Origin: an uncultured Phaeobacter sp.
GTDB lineage: Bacteria > Pseudomonadota > Alphaproteobacteria > Rhodobacterales > Rhodobacteraceae
Assembly: GCA_964633145.1 (NCBI GenBank)
Contig: CAZWFE010000001.1
Coordinates: 73,690-137,689 of the forward strand
Length of the DNA stretch: 64,000 nt
Direction: 5' to 3'
In this document: positions 1 to 11,242 of the stretch, piece after piece
Layout: each line of letters opens with the position of its first letter
Position numbering within the stretch: the stretch's first letter is position 1
Notes under the pieces: generated by a model
The model's database searches: none
Told to the model about the DNA's origin: nothing
What the model saw: the letters and a program-made list of their open reading frames with translations, nothing else
Position numbers and translations under genes: made by a program

Positions 1-1050
1 TTTCTGGGCGAATGCGTTCATGCGGTCGCAGAATTTGCGGCTGCCACCAGTTGGGGCAGGGATCGCACGAATTTCGGTACCATCTTGTTCCAACAGTTTC
101 GCAAAAATGGCAAAGCCGGATCCGCGGAAATGATCGGACACAACCTGCATTTTAATCGGGTTGCGCAGGTCGGGTTTATCAGACCCGTACCACAACGCCG
201 CGTCGCGGTATGAAATTTGCGGCCATTCAGCAGGGTTATCAACGGTTTTGCCGCCGGCAAATTCTTCAAACACACCGGCCAAGACGGGTGAAATGGTGTC
301 AAAAACGTCCTGCTGTGTGACAAAGGACATTTCCAAATCCAACTGATAGAAATCGGTTGGGGATCGGTCTGCACGTGGGTCTTCGTCACGGAAACAGGGG
401 GCGATTTGGAAATATTTGTCATAGCCTGACACCATGATCAGCTGTTTGAATTGCTGTGGTGCTTGGGGCAGAGCATAAAATTTACCAGGGTGCAAACGCG
501 ATGGCACCAGAAAATCGCGCGCCCCTTCGGGTGATGACGCGGTGATGATCGGCGTTTGATATTCGCGGAAACCCTTGTCCCACATGCGACGACGCATAGA
601 GGCCACCACATCCGACCGCAGGGTCATGTTGCGCTGCATCGCTTCACGGCGCAGGTCCAGATACCGATAGCGCAGGCGCGTTTCTTCGGGGTATTCTTGG
701 TCGCCGAACACCATCAGGGGCAATTCGTTGGATGCGCCCAATACTTCGACATCGCGCACGAATACTTCGATTTCGCCGGTTGGGATTTTGGTGTTGATCA
801 GGCTTTCATCACGGGCCTTGACCACACCATCAATGCGGATACACCATTCGCTGCGCACCTTTTCCAATTCGTTGAAAACGGGGCTGTCCGGGTCACATAG
901 AACCTGCGTCACACCATAGTGGTCGCGCAGGTCGATAAACAACACACCACCGTGATCGCGGACGCGATGGACCCAGCCCGACAAACGGACGGTGTCACCC
1001 ACGTTGGATTTGTTCAGATCGGCACAGGTATGGCTGCGATAGGCGTGCAT
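1..1050 (-). CDS. aspS: aspartate--tRNA ligase, N-terminal ~350 aa (gene continues past window start)
   Basis: The minus-strand frame is open from the ATG at 1050-1048 to the window edge. It is missing from the ORF track because there is no stop in the window. My translation reads [46 protein letters not shown] ... [25 protein letters not shown] ... [16 protein letters not shown]. This matches an OB-fold anticodon-binding domain plus class II synthetase motifs typical of AspRS. Confidence 0.92.
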   Translation of the reverse strand, partial: MHAYRSHTCADLNKSNVGDTVRLSGWVHRVRDHGGVLFIDLRDHYGVTQVLCDPDSPVFNELEKVRSEWCIRIDGVVKARDESLINTKIPTGEIEVFVRDVEVLGASNELPLMVFGDQEYPEETRLRYRYLDLRREAMQRNMTLRSDVVASMRRRMWDKGFREYQTPIITASSPEGARDFLVPSRLHPGKFYALPQAPQQFKQLIMVSGYDKYFQIAPCFRDEDPRADRSPTDFYQLDLEMSFVTQQDVFDTISPVLAGVFEEFAGGKTVDNPAEWPQISYRDAALWYGSDKPDLRNPIKMQVVSDHFRGSGFAIFAKLLEQDGTEIRAIPAPTGGSRKFCDRMNAFAQK

Positions 1051-1171
1051 TTTGTGGCCCCTTTGGGTTTGATGGATTTCGTGTCTAGCGCGATACACAA
1101 GGTTGCGCGCGTGATGTCAAGGGCAATGGCCCGTTTTGCCCCATTTGATAGGGGTTTTTCGCCCAAAAACA

Positions 1172-1819
1172 CTAGGTTCTGTTCAAATCCGCACGAATTT
1201 TCCCGCGCAGCGAATTGCCCACCACAACGGAACGCGCGGCCATCAAATCGCCAAGTGTTACGGTTTTTACTGTGACTTCGCCGGATTTGATCAGTTTTTG
1301 CCGCAATATTCCGGGCAAACAGCCCGCGCTGATCGGGGGGGTCACCCATGTGCCGCCCTGTGTTTCGACGAACACATTGGTAATTGTGCCTTCGCATAAT
1401 TCGTCGCGTTCATTTAGAAACAGCATTTCATGTATACCACGCGGCAGGTTGGCGCGTGTGGTGTCATAAATATCGCGCTGGGTGGTTTTATGTGCCAACC
1501 ATGCGTCGCCTGTGTTCAGCCGCGTGTCGCTGATATCAACCTGCCAGACGGCGGGCGTTGGATCCAACGGAACATGGGACAGTTGGAAATCGCCCTTGAC
1601 CCCCAAGGTCAATCGGCAACGCAGCGGTTTGTTGCCGCTTAGACCATCGCAGATATGTTCGGCCAAGTCGCGATCAAACGCAAAGCCCAACTGGCGCGCA
1701 CTGTCACACATGCGATTTAGGTGTAATCCCAGATCGACCGCGCCAAAACCGGGGGTGTACCGAAATGTTTCAATCAGGCGGCAATCGGGGGGGACAATTT
1801 CGCAAAACGCGCTTTCCAC
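1172..1819 (-). CDS. pabC: aminodeoxychorismate lyase-like fold-type IV PLP enzyme
   Basis: 215-aa ORF with a GTG start at 1819. It lies directly downstream of pabB and overlaps it by 46 nt. Size and C-terminal pattern (LNERDELCEGTITNVF ... GCLPGILR) fit the class IV aminotransferase/ADC lyase family. The start codon is uncertain. Confidence 0.55.
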   Translation of the reverse strand: MESAFCEIVPPDCRLIETFRYTPGFGAVDLGLHLNRMCDSARQLGFAFDRDLAEHICDGLSGNKPLRCRLTLGVKGDFQLSHVPLDPTPAVWQVDISDTRLNTGDAWLAHKTTQRDIYDTTRANLPRGIHEMLFLNERDELCEGTITNVFVETQGGTWVTPPISAGCLPGILRQKLIKSGEVTVKTVTLGDLMAARSVVVGNSLRGKIRADLNRT

Positions 1820-2904
1820 AGGGCTTCCTCGTATTCTGATGGACCTAGACTATCATAAACGACACCACCGCCGACATTTAAGCGCGCCTGTCCGTTTTTT
1901 ACGTCTAATGTACGAATGGCCACATTAAATTCGGATTTGCCGTCGGGGGCCATCCAGCCAATGGTACCGCAATAAATGCCACGCGGGGCCGGTTCTAGGT
2001 CGTCGATAATTTCCATCGCGCGCAGTTTGGGCGCACCTGTGATCGACCCACAGGGAAACAGCGCCCGCATGATTTGCGAAAACTGAACCGGGCCATCCAA
2101 TTCGCCCGCCACCAACGACACCATTTGATGCACGGTTGCATAGGTTTCGACATGGAACAATTTTGGCACATGCACCGAACCGGTACGACAGATCCGCGAA
2201 ATGTCATTTCGCAACAAATCCACGATCATCAGGTTTTCGGCGCGGTTTTTTTCGTCGGTTTCTAAAAAACGACGGGCTTGTTCATCGCGGTTTGGGTCTG
2301 TGTGTCGGGGTTGGGTGCCTTTCATCGGGCGGGTTTCGATATGGCCTTGGGCGTCAGTGCGGAAAAACAATTCCGGCGAACGGGACAAAAATGCGCCTTG
2401 GTCTGCGCCCAGATCAACGAATGCGCCGTGTTTGACCCGCTGGCGGGACGTCAACGCGTGGTAAAGCGACCACGCATCACCCGTGATTTGCGCCATCATC
2501 GGAAAGGTTAGGTTGATTTGATACACATCACCGGCCTTGATCCATTCAATGACACGATCAAAGGCTTGGATATACTGGTTTTCGGTCCAATGTGGGGTCC
2601 AATCGCTGATTGAACAGGGCGATACGGTCGGATCGTGGCGTTCTATGGGGCCAGAAAAAACACCAAAGTTCAGCAAATCACGCCCTGATTGCGTGTCGGG
2701 CATGCGATGTGCCAGGCGGGGTTCCAACGCATAGCCCAGTTCGTAATCGGCATATCCAGCAATCCAATACCCTTGGGCGCGCGCATCATCAATTTGACGC
2801 AATGCGTCATCAACCTGCCCCGCAGACTGCGCGCGGATGGTATAAACGGGGTCCGAAAACCAATGTTTTTGCGCATCTGGTGCGGTGTCAAACCGAATCT
2901 GCAT
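1774..2904 (-). CDS. pabB: aminodeoxychorismate synthase component I (chorismate-binding enzyme)
   Basis: 376-aa ORF with an ATG at 2904. It carries the chorismate-utilising enzyme signature near the C-terminus: FPCGSITGAPKLRAMEIIDDLEPAPRGIYCGTIGW ... NVAIRT. Confidence 0.8.
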   Translation of the reverse strand: MQIRFDTAPDAQKHWFSDPVYTIRAQSAGQVDDALRQIDDARAQGYWIAGYADYELGYALEPRLAHRMPDTQSGRDLLNFGVFSGPIERHDPTVSPCSISDWTPHWTENQYIQAFDRVIEWIKAGDVYQINLTFPMMAQITGDAWSLYHALTSRQRVKHGAFVDLGADQGAFLSRSPELFFRTDAQGHIETRPMKGTQPRHTDPNRDEQARRFLETDEKNRAENLMIVDLLRNDISRICRTGSVHVPKLFHVETYATVHQMVSLVAGELDGPVQFSQIMRALFPCGSITGAPKLRAMEIIDDLEPAPRGIYCGTIGWMAPDGKSEFNVAIRTLDVKNGQARLNVGGGVVYDSLGPSEYEEALWKARFAKLSPPIAA

Positions 2905-3091
2905 GGGTTACCTTGTGTGTTGTTGATTGCGATATAGGCCGAATTTCAAAAAATCGACAGCCAAATAGCGGCTATTTGCGTTATTTTTCCGATGGGGCTT
3001 GATCCTAGGCGGATGTTGATTATAACGCAGAACAATTTGCGCCCGCATTGTAACGGGCCCATTTTGCTGCCGCAAACAAAAAGGTCGTCCC

Positions 3092-6000
3092 ATGCCCAAA
3101 AGAACCGACATTTCCTCAATCATGATTATCGGCGCAGGTCCGATCGTTATTGGCCAAGCCTGTGAATTCGATTATTCTGGCGCCCAAGCGTGTAAAGCGT
3201 TGAGAGAAGAGGGGTATCGCGTGGTGTTGGTCAATTCCAACCCAGCGACGATTATGACAGACCCTGGTCTGGCGGATGCCACCTATATCGAACCCATCAC
3301 ACCAGAAGTGGTTGCCAAAATCATCGAGAAAGAGCGCCCCGACGCATTGCTGCCAACGATGGGCGGTCAAACGGGTCTGAACACCGCGCTCGCGCTTGAG
3401 GAAATGGGCGTGCTGGACAAATACGGCGTTGAAATGATTGGCGCAAAACGCGACGCCATTGAAATGGCCGAAGATCGCAAATTGTTCCGCGAAGCGATGG
3501 ATCGCATCGGTTTGGAAAACCCCAAAGCAACCATCATCACCGCCCCCAAGAAAGAAAACGGCCAAGCTGACCTGAACGAAGGCGTGCGGTTGGCGGTTGA
3601 TGCGTTGGATGAAATCGGCCTGCCGGCGATTATCCGTCCGGCCTTTACCTTGGGTGGGACAGGTGGCGGTGTCGCCTATAACCGCGAAGATTACGAATAT
3701 TATTGCCGCACAGGGATGGACGCATCGCCCGTGAACCAAATCTTGGTCGACGAATCCCTGTTGGGTTGGAAAGAATACGAAATGGAGGTTGTCCGCGACA
3801 AAGCTGACAACGCTATCATCATTTGTTCCATCGAAAACGTGGACCCCATGGGCGTGCATACGGGTGATTCCATCACCGTTGCCCCTGCGCTGACGCTGAC
3901 GGACAAAGAATACCAAATCATGCGCAATGGATCGATCGCAGTTCTGCGCGAAATCGGCGTCGAAACGGGCGGATCCAACGTGCAATGGGCGGTTAACCCC
4001 GTCGATGGCCGCATGGTCGTGATCGAAATGAACCCGCGCGTGTCACGGTCGTCTGCCTTGGCGTCCAAGGCGACGGGTTTCCCGATTGCTAAAATTGCTG
4101 CAAAACTGGCAGTCGGCTATACGCTGGATGAATTGGACAATGACATTACCAAGGTAACGCCTGCGTCCTTTGAACCAACAATCGATTATGTCGTCACCAA
4201 AATCCCAAAATTCGCGTTCGAAAAATTCCCAGGGTCCAAACCCCATTTGACCACAGCGATGAAGTCGGTTGGTGAAACTATGGCGATTGGTCGTACGATT
4301 CACGAATCTTTGCAAAAAGCATTGGCATCGATGGAATCGGGCCTGACCGGCTTTGACGAAGTTGAGATAGAAGGCGCGCCAGAGAAATCCGCCGTGATTG
4401 CCGCGATCAGCCAGCAAACACCAGATCGGATGCGCACCATTGCGCAGGCTATGCGTTATGGTCTGACAAATGATGAAATTCACAATGTGACCGCCTTTGA
4501 TCCTTGGTTCTTGGACCGTATTCGCGAAATCGTCGAGGCCGAAGAAACCATTCGCGCCAATGGCTTGCCCAATGATGCAGGCGGCATGCGCCATGTGAAA
4601 ATGATGGGCTTTACCGATGCGCGTTTGGCCAAACTGACTGGGTTTTCGGAAACAGATGTACGCCGCGCGCGCCGCAATTTGGGCGTGAACGCTGTCTTTA
4701 AACGTATCGACACCTGTGCCGCCGAATTTGAGGCACAAACCCCCTATATGTATTCAACATACGAAATGCCCATGATGGGCGAAGTTGAATGCGAAGCCCG
4801 CCCATCGGATCGCAAGAAAGTGGTGATCTTGGGCGGCGGTCCAAACCGTATTGGTCAGGGTATCGAATTTGACTATTGCTGCTGTCATGCGTGTTTTTCT
4901 CTGACAGACGTGGGTTATGAAACCATCATGGTCAATTGTAACCCTGAAACGGTTTCAACGGATTATGACACATCGGATCGTTTGTATTTCGAACCGCTGA
5001 CCTTTGAACACGTGATGGAAATCCTGCGCGTCGAACAGGACAGCGGCACATTGCATGGTGTGATTGTGCAGTTTGGAGGGCAAACCCCGTTGAAATTGGC
5101 CAATGCACTGGAATCCGAAGGCATCCCAATTCTGGGAACAACACCCGATGCGATTGATTTGGCTGAGGATCGCGAACGGTTCCAAGCCTTGGTCAATCAG
5201 CTGGGATTAAAGCAACCCAAAAACGGCATTGCCCATTCCGACGCCGAAGCGCTGGAAATTGCCGAAGACATTGGTTTCCCATTGGTGATCCGCCCGTCCT
5301 ATGTTTTGGGCGGTCGTGCGATGGAAATCGTGCGCGATATGGATCAGCTGCGCCGCTATATCCGCGAAGCGGTTGTTGTATCCGGTGACAGCCCCGTCCT
5401 GTTGGACAGCTATCTATCGGGTGCGGTGGAATGTGATGTTGATGCCCTGTCAGACGGTACAAATGTTCACGTCGCCGGCATCATGCAACATATCGAAGAG
5501 GCCGGCGTGCATTCCGGTGACAGCGCCTGTTCCCTGCCGCCCTATTCGTTGTCAGCTGAGATTATCGACGAACTAAAGGTGCAAACAAACGCACTGGCGC
5601 TGGGCCTAAATGTTGTGGGTTTGATGAACGTACAATTCGCGGTCAAAGATGGCGAAATTTACTTGATTGAGGTCAATCCACGTGCATCGCGTACCGTGCC
5701 ATTTGTTGCCAAAGCGACCGACAGCGCGATTGCATCCATCGCCGCGCGTTTGATGGCGGGCGAACCGCTTAGCAATTTCCCAATGCGCGAACCTTATCGT
5801 GATGTCAGTTACGGTGGATCGCTGCCAATCGCGGATCCGATGACGCTGGCTGATCCAAATATGCCATGGTTCAGCGTGAAAGAGGCGGTGATGCCATTTG
5901 CACGTTTCCCAGGTGTCGATACACTTTTGGGTCCAGAAATGCGTTCAACCGGTGAAGTCATGGGCTGGGATCGCAGCTTTGCCCGTGCGTTCCTAAAGGC

Positions 6001-6421
6001 ACAGATGGGCGCCGGAATGGAGCTGCCGAAATCGGGGACTGTTTTCTTCTCGATCAAAGACAGCGACAAAGGCGATCAAATGACAGATGCCGCCAAGTTG
6101 CTGATTTCACAGGGATTTGAATTGGTCGCCACATCCGGAACAGCGGCATGGCTGGAACAACAAGGCATTGTTTGCACCAAAGTGAACAAAGTGTACGAAG
6201 GCCGCCCAAATATCGTGGATCGTTTGAAAAATGGTGACATTGATTTGGTGATCAACACGACCGAGGGCACGCAATCGATCAACGATAGCCGTGAAATCCG
6301 ATCTGTCGCGCTGTTCGATAAAATCCCATATTTCACAACGGCCGCCGCAGCCCATGCCGCCACATTGGCGATTGAGGCACAGTCCGAGGACGCATTGACC
6401 GTCCACGCATTGCAGCACTAG
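3092..6421 (+). CDS. carB: carbamoyl-phosphate synthase large subunit
   Basis: 1109-aa ORF with a duplicated ATP-grasp architecture. The N-terminus [42 protein letters not shown] is repeated internally as [26 protein letters not shown]. An MGS-like C-terminal domain follows. Confidence 0.97.
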   Translation: MPKRTDISSIMIIGAGPIVIGQACEFDYSGAQACKALREEGYRVVLVNSNPATIMTDPGLADATYIEPITPEVVAKIIEKERPDALLPTMGGQTGLNTALALEEMGVLDKYGVEMIGAKRDAIEMAEDRKLFREAMDRIGLENPKATIITAPKKENGQADLNEGVRLAVDALDEIGLPAIIRPAFTLGGTGGGVAYNREDYEYYCRTGMDASPVNQILVDESLLGWKEYEMEVVRDKADNAIIICSIENVDPMGVHTGDSITVAPALTLTDKEYQIMRNGSIAVLREIGVETGGSNVQWAVNPVDGRMVVIEMNPRVSRSSALASKATGFPIAKIAAKLAVGYTLDELDNDITKVTPASFEPTIDYVVTKIPKFAFEKFPGSKPHLTTAMKSVGETMAIGRTIHESLQKALASMESGLTGFDEVEIEGAPEKSAVIAAISQQTPDRMRTIAQAMRYGLTNDEIHNVTAFDPWFLDRIREIVEAEETIRANGLPNDAGGMRHVKMMGFTDARLAKLTGFSETDVRRARRNLGVNAVFKRIDTCAAEFEAQTPYMYSTYEMPMMGEVECEARPSDRKKVVILGGGPNRIGQGIEFDYCCCHACFSLTDVGYETIMVNCNPETVSTDYDTSDRLYFEPLTFEHVMEILRVEQDSGTLHGVIVQFGGQTPLKLANALESEGIPILGTTPDAIDLAEDRERFQALVNQLGLKQPKNGIAHSDAEALEIAEDIGFPLVIRPSYVLGGRAMEIVRDMDQLRRYIREAVVVSGDSPVLLDSYLSGAVECDVDALSDGTNVHVAGIMQHIEEAGVHSGDSACSLPPYSLSAEIIDELKVQTNALALGLNVVGLMNVQFAVKDGEIYLIEVNPRASRTVPFVAKATDSAIASIAARLMAGEPLSNFPMREPYRDVSYGGSLPIADPMTLADPNMPWFSVKEAVMPFARFPGVDTLLGPEMRSTGEVMGWDRSFARAFLKAQMGAGMELPKSGTVFFSIKDSDKGDQMTDAAKLLISQGFELVATSGTAAWLEQQGIVCTKVNKVYEGRPNIVDRLKNGDIDLVINTTEGTQSINDSREIRSVALFDKIPYFTTAAAAHAATLAIEAQSEDALTVHALQH

Positions 6422-6442
6422 GCGCAGTTTTACGACAGACTA

Positions 6443-6482
6443 CAAAAAAGGCGGGGCAAAAACCCCGCCTTTTGTTTTTTGT
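6443..6482. terminator. bidirectional rho-independent terminator between convergent carB and fccB
   Basis: The sequence is AAAAAAGGCGGGG-CAAAAA-CCCCGCCTTTTGTTTTTT. A perfect GC-rich stem is flanked by an A-run on one side and a T-run on the other. Confidence 0.75.
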
Positions 6483-6490
6483 GATATGGC

Positions 6491-7750
6491 TTAGCCAAAC
6501 ATGTCGGATGTGATGCCTGCGTACCAACCGACGGATTCTTCGTAGGTTGCTTTGCGCAGGTCGGCATCTTCGCCTGTTTGGGAAACGAACCCATCCACCT
6601 TGGCGATTTTTTCGTCCGTTGCCTGATAGCTTGCGCCGACTTTGATCCCGTCGTTGGTGTCGATCAACGACCAACATGTGTTCGAGAATTTGGCAGGGAA
6701 CACTTTGGACCCTGTCAATGCGCCGCGCACTGCCATTGCGGCAACCTTGGCTTGGCTGTTGGCGGAAAACCCTGATTTTGGCATGTCACCTTGGTTTGTT
6801 GCATCGCCCAAGACGTGGATATTTTCGTCCAAACGCGATTGCATGGTGTGGCCTGATACAGGCGCCCAGTTGCCTTCGGTTATGCCGGCCATTTCGCAGA
6901 TGCGGCCTGCCTTCATCGCGGGGATGACGTTACAGACGTCAACCTTTTCCACAGAACCGTCGATGGAAACGGTCATTGCGCCTGCATCAACACTGACGTT
7001 ATTGCCGCCGAAATCTGGGCCGATCCGTTCGATCATACCGCCATAGTGTTTTTGCCAGCCTTCTTCGAACAGACCCTGTTTCGAAAACTTCTCTTTGGGG
7101 TCAACGATCAGAATTTTGGCGGTTGGGTTTTCGTTTTTCAGTTTGTGCGCCACCATGGACACCCGTTCATATGGGCCAGGGGGGCAGCGGTATGGGTTGG
7201 GTGGGGCAACCATTGCGAACACGCCACCCTGTGGCATGGATTCGATCTGCGCTTTCAGCAGTTCGCTTTGTGATCCAGCCTTGTATGCGTGGGGCATTGC
7301 GTTTTGTGTTGCGGTTGACCAACCAGGCACTGACCCGTCGATAAAGTCGATACCGGGCGACAGGATCAGCCGATCATAGGGCAACACCGTGCCACCGGCC
7401 AAAGTCACCGATTTCGCGTCGCGATCAATGCCAACGGCCCAATCATGCACCACGTTGATGCCATATTGGGACGCTAATGTGCCATAGCTGTGCGCAATGC
7501 TGGATAGGTCGCGGAACCCGCCAATATACAGGTTTGAGAAAAAGCATGTGTAGTACGAACGCGATGGTTCGACCAAGGTCACATCAATTTCGCCCTTGCT
7601 GTCCTTGGCGATGTAACGTGCGGCTGTTGCACCGCCTGCACCACCACCGATTACCACGACCTTGGGTCGTCCGTGGCCCGCAGCGTTTACATAGGGCGCT
7701 GCCAGCGTTGCCGCCGTTGCCCCCAAAAATAACCGTCTGTTTAATTTCAT
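6491..7750 (-). CDS. fccB: flavocytochrome c sulfide dehydrogenase flavoprotein subunit (FccB/SoxF type), Tat-exported
   Basis: 419 aa. It has a twin-arginine signal (MKLNRRLFLGATAATLAAPYVNA) followed by the FAD dinucleotide fold KVVVIGGGAGGATAARY. A strong SD (GGGAGGA) lies upstream. A dihaem cytochrome gene sits 27 nt upstream. Confidence 0.8.
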   Translation of the reverse strand: MKLNRRLFLGATAATLAAPYVNAAGHGRPKVVVIGGGAGGATAARYIAKDSKGEIDVTLVEPSRSYYTCFFSNLYIGGFRDLSSIAHSYGTLASQYGINVVHDWAVGIDRDAKSVTLAGGTVLPYDRLILSPGIDFIDGSVPGWSTATQNAMPHAYKAGSQSELLKAQIESMPQGGVFAMVAPPNPYRCPPGPYERVSMVAHKLKNENPTAKILIVDPKEKFSKQGLFEEGWQKHYGGMIERIGPDFGGNNVSVDAGAMTVSIDGSVEKVDVCNVIPAMKAGRICEMAGITEGNWAPVSGHTMQSRLDENIHVLGDATNQGDMPKSGFSANSQAKVAAMAVRGALTGSKVFPAKFSNTCWSLIDTNDGIKVGASYQATDEKIAKVDGFVSQTGEDADLRKATYEESVGWYAGITSDMFG

Positions 7751-7777
7751 TTTATCCTCCCGTTTTGGGGTGGCTGG

Positions 7778-8503
7778 TTAATCCAGCGCACCAAAATATG
7801 CGGCCAGCGCCGCAATCTCTTCGTTATTCAGCGCCTGCGCCACCATTTGCATGGGGGCATTGTCGCGGGCCCGTAATTTGTATTCTAGCAATGCAATCAT
7901 AAAATCGGTGTCATCCCAACCGTGAATGGCGGGTAAACCTGTGTCCTGCGGTTCGGTGCTGTGGCAGGCCATACATTCGCCTGCCAAATATTCGCCATAG
8001 GCCACATCACCCACAATCGCGGCCATTTCTGCCGGCACGGTGACACTGCCGCGTTCTGGCGCGGGCGGCAGGCTGGCAGTACGGATATAGGTTAGGATAT
8101 CAAACATATCCTGCGGGTTGGCAAACCCGTCAAATTGCATGGTGGTGCCCGCCAGATACCCAGCGGGGTCCATCAAGTATTTATGCAGATTTTGCTGATC
8201 CCAAAGGGTGCCCGCATCTGCCCCCGCACGCAAAGCGGCAGAGTAGGGATAGTCGGGCAGACTGCCCATGGTCCGTCCCACGACACCATGCAAATTTGGC
8301 CCAGATTTCGACTGTGTGCTGGGTGTGATATCATGGCATTGCGCACAGTTTTGTTCAAACAACGCCACCCCGCGCCCCGCATCACCACCGCATTCAGCGG
8401 CAATTTGCGTCGGGTCATTCGTGGTCAGATCCGCAGTTTGTGATTGCGCTGCACCCGCAGCCAAAATCAGGGCATATAGCCCTGTTGAATAAAATAGCTT
8501 CAT
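7778..8503 (-). CDS. periplasmic dihaem c-type cytochrome (FccA/SoxE-like), paralogue 1
   Basis: I start the gene at the internal ATG at 8503 (MKLFYSTGLYALILAAGAAQS, a signal peptide). There are two CxxCH motifs (CAQCH, CMACH). The track ORF extends to 8713 but runs through a terminator hairpin. Confidence 0.7.
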   Translation of the reverse strand: MKLFYSTGLYALILAAGAAQSQTADLTTNDPTQIAAECGGDAGRGVALFEQNCAQCHDITPSTQSKSGPNLHGVVGRTMGSLPDYPYSAALRAGADAGTLWDQQNLHKYLMDPAGYLAGTTMQFDGFANPQDMFDILTYIRTASLPPAPERGSVTVPAEMAAIVGDVAYGEYLAGECMACHSTEPQDTGLPAIHGWDDTDFMIALLEYKLRARDNAPMQMVAQALNNEEIAALAAYFGALD

Positions 8504-8640
8504 TTTCAAATACTCCATCAAATAATCGGTGGAATATCCGAACAGCTGCGTTTCGGGCCTGTGAAATATAAACCCATACAGTGTCGAACCGTCCCTGAAA
8601 ATACAGGAAACACCACCAGATGGGCATGAAATTACCAAAA

Positions 8641-8687
8641 AATCCCCCCAAAAACAAGCATATCCCCCGCCTGTGGTGCGGGGGGAT
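8641..8687 (-). terminator. rho-independent terminator between the two cytochrome c paralogues
   Basis: The minus strand reads ATCCCCCCGC-ACCACAG-GCGGGGGAT followed by ATGCTTGTTTTTGGGGGATTTTTTGG. This is a GC stem with one bulge and a U-rich tail. Confidence 0.5.
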
Positions 8688-8709
8688 GTCATGTTATGGG
8701 CGGCAACGA

Positions 8710-9414
8710 TCATTCAAGATCCTTGAAATATGCAGCCAGCGCCGCAATTTCTTCGTCTGACAGGCGACCAGCCATCATTTGCATGACGGGATGTGGGCGC
8801 ACTTTCACCTTATAGGCGTGCATCGCTACAACGAAATCTTCGGTCGGCCAGCCGGTTATGGCGGGGATACCCTGGTTTGATCCATCGCTTTGGTGACAGG
8901 TCAAACATTCAGAGCTGAGATATTTGCCATACTCCGGATCACCAACGATTGCCAGAATTTCGGGGGCCAGTGTGACCTCAGGCGGTACGCCTGTTGGCTC
9001 TGCCTCGGGGATGTTTGCGGGGTTATCGGAAAACACACGCAAATACGCGATCAGGTCGGCGCGATCTTGGGCGTCTTTCAGACCAGCGAAATTCATCGTT
9101 GTGCGGCTGACCAATGATTTCGGATTGGCCAGATAGGCATCCAGATGTTCCAGATCCCAAACCAGACCGTCATTGCCAGCCCGTGTCAGGCCTTCGGAAT
9201 ATCTGGTATAGCCGTCGGCTGTGCCCGCCTTGCGTCCAAATACGCCATTTAGGATTGGACCAACCCGATGCTTGGCATTTGTTCCAACTTGATGGCACGA
9301 TGCGCATTTTCGAAAGATATCTTTGCCGCGGGTTTCATCCCCGATCGCATCCGCATGTGCCGCTGCAGGTAAAGCCATTGCAAAAATGGCTGTCGCAAAT
9401 ATTTTGTATTTCAC
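8710..9414 (-). CDS. periplasmic dihaem c-type cytochrome, paralogue 2 (c2-like N-domain plus second haem domain)
   Basis: 234 aa with a GTG start at 9414 and a GGGAG SD 6 nt upstream. The signal peptide is MKYKIFATAIFAMALPAAAHA. Haem motifs are CASCH and CLTCH. The N-half carries class I cytochrome c2-like motifs (GPILNGVFGRKAG ... YLANPK ... DLIAYL). Confidence 0.78.
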   Translation of the reverse strand: MKYKIFATAIFAMALPAAAHADAIGDETRGKDIFRKCASCHQVGTNAKHRVGPILNGVFGRKAGTADGYTRYSEGLTRAGNDGLVWDLEHLDAYLANPKSLVSRTTMNFAGLKDAQDRADLIAYLRVFSDNPANIPEAEPTGVPPEVTLAPEILAIVGDPEYGKYLSSECLTCHQSDGSNQGIPAITGWPTEDFVVAMHAYKVKVRPHPVMQMMAGRLSDEEIAALAAYFKDLE

Positions 9415-9653
9415 TGTGTACTCCCGTTGGAATCAGGTTAGCGCAAGAAAGCCATTTCAATCAATTACTAATTTTAATATGTGAATATATGCTATCAGTT
9501 ATGTTGATATGATGCGGATATAGTTGCCTAAGTATCGGAATAAAATACAATAAAACTGCGTGATTTGGGGTTTGTTACGGGTTCAGGCCCGTCCCAACCT
9601 ATGTGCCCCGTTGGCGCTGTGAAATTGAAAATGCCGAATCTTGGCCGATCACA

Positions 9654-11171
9654 TTAATCAAATCGCTGACCTAACATGCGGGCGATTGGTGTGAAATCAT
9701 CCGTAAAAATACGCGATGTGGCCCGTTGCGCTAGCATGGTGACAAAGTCATCTGACATCGCTGCATATTGCAGGGGCATTGGGGATCGCACGGTGATCTG
9801 ATCAATGGGTGATTTTTCCGTGCCCGCGACCAGAATGAAAACCATACGTTCGGCTGGTCCGGGTTGGCGTGCCTCGACCCAAATTTCCACTGTGGGAAAA
9901 ACGCTTTGCAATGTGCGAACCATTGACCCCAAAACCGCCAAGCGATCTGTATAGTCGATAACATTCATATAGTACCGGCCATCGGCGGTCAGACGGCTGC
10001 GCACCGTTTCAAAAAATTCGCGCGTGATCAGGTGTTCGGGCACCGCAATATCGGTAAAAGCATCGCCGATAATTATGTCAAAGGTGTCGGTTGTCTGGTT
10101 CAAATGGCTGCGTGCATCTTGGTGAATGATATCCGCGCCGGTGGGATCATACCAGAAATTCTGCGCGGCGATCTGGGTCACAACGGGGTCAATTTCGGAA
10201 ACGCTTAGCCGGGCTTGGGGGAAATTACCCTGCCATTTGCGGGGAATGCTATAGGTGCCGCCCCCAATGAAATACGCGCTGAACGCATCGCTTGGCCGCA
10301 TGATACGCGCCAGCGCCTCTAGGACGGCGGCGTGGTCGGTGTACATGATGTCAGGTTCCGACTGCGCACTGGCCCCATGTACCAAATGATCCAACACCAT
10401 TGCACGCACTGGGCGGTCCGGATCGTCAGACAGGTCAATCGTGCGGATACAGAAATAATCGGTTTCACGATCGCAAATCGGCTGTATTGACTGCGCCGCA
10501 CCTGCAATCCCAATCGCACCAGCACCCACCAGTATCAACAGCCAAAACAGCGATCTGACCGTACCTGACATGACCCAAAACCCAACGGCCAGCGCCACAT
10601 AGGCACAGGTCACAACCAAAAGAGTGATCGATGTGCCCAGCCATGAAATGAACAAAAATCCACTGCCCAAGGTCCCAAATATGGCCCCAATCGCCCCTGC
10701 GGCAAACATTGTGCCCAGGCGGGATGCTGATTTGGCCGGGTCCAGATCAATCGCGATTTGCGTCAAAACAGGGGCGGGAATGCCCGCACAAAACGATGGG
10801 ACGAAAAATGCCAATGTGGTTAGGACCAAAATGGCAGGCACTTGTGTTTCAAACATTGGCAAGGCGATTGCCGCGCTTTGACGAACGATAAAGACAATCG
10901 CAGCTGTTGATACGGCTGCGGCCATGGTCCAGCCTGCGGTTATACGCAGGGCGCGGTCGCGTGGTTTGTGTGCCACCCAACCGCCAACCCAATGACCGGC
11001 TGAAAACCCCGCCAAAACAACCGCAATAATGGCTGTCCAAGTGTACAGTGACATCCCGACATAGGGCGCCAATACGCGGCCTGCAACAATTTCAACAATC
11101 ATGCTGTTGGCGGACACCAGAACCTGTGCCGCAAACAGGCAAAACACCAAAAACCGCGTGTGCTGTATCAT
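9654..11171 (-). CDS. fused polytopic membrane domain / spermidine synthase-like (class I methyltransferase fold) protein
   Basis: About 505 aa from the ATG at 11171 (AGGA SD 7 nt upstream); the track ORF starts at a TTG at 11237. The N-terminal ~220 aa contains multiple hydrophobic helices. The C-terminal half has FIGGGTYSIPRKW ... IIIGDAFTD, typical of the spermidine synthase-like fold. Confidence 0.7.
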   Translation of the reverse strand: MIQHTRFLVFCLFAAQVLVSANSMIVEIVAGRVLAPYVGMSLYTWTAIIAVVLAGFSAGHWVGGWVAHKPRDRALRITAGWTMAAAVSTAAIVFIVRQSAAIALPMFETQVPAILVLTTLAFFVPSFCAGIPAPVLTQIAIDLDPAKSASRLGTMFAAGAIGAIFGTLGSGFLFISWLGTSITLLVVTCAYVALAVGFWVMSGTVRSLFWLLILVGAGAIGIAGAAQSIQPICDRETDYFCIRTIDLSDDPDRPVRAMVLDHLVHGASAQSEPDIMYTDHAAVLEALARIMRPSDAFSAYFIGGGTYSIPRKWQGNFPQARLSVSEIDPVVTQIAAQNFWYDPTGADIIHQDARSHLNQTTDTFDIIIGDAFTDIAVPEHLITREFFETVRSRLTADGRYYMNVIDYTDRLAVLGSMVRTLQSVFPTVEIWVEARQPGPAERMVFILVAGTEKSPIDQITVRSPMPLQYAAMSDDFVTMLAQRATSRIFTDDFTPIARMLGQRFD

Positions 11172-11242
11172 TGTTGCATCCTGTTTATTCCCTATCTTGC
11201 TGTTCGGATTAGATGGAACATCTGTACGAAATAGCAAGCGTA

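Noticed and set aside
8504-8713. A 70-codon N-terminal extension of the first cytochrome c ORF (track ORF 7778..8713).
   Set aside because: The extension runs through the terminator hairpin at 8641-8687 and has no signal peptide. The internal ATG at 8503 gives a normal Sec signal, MKLFYSTGLYALILAAGAAQS.
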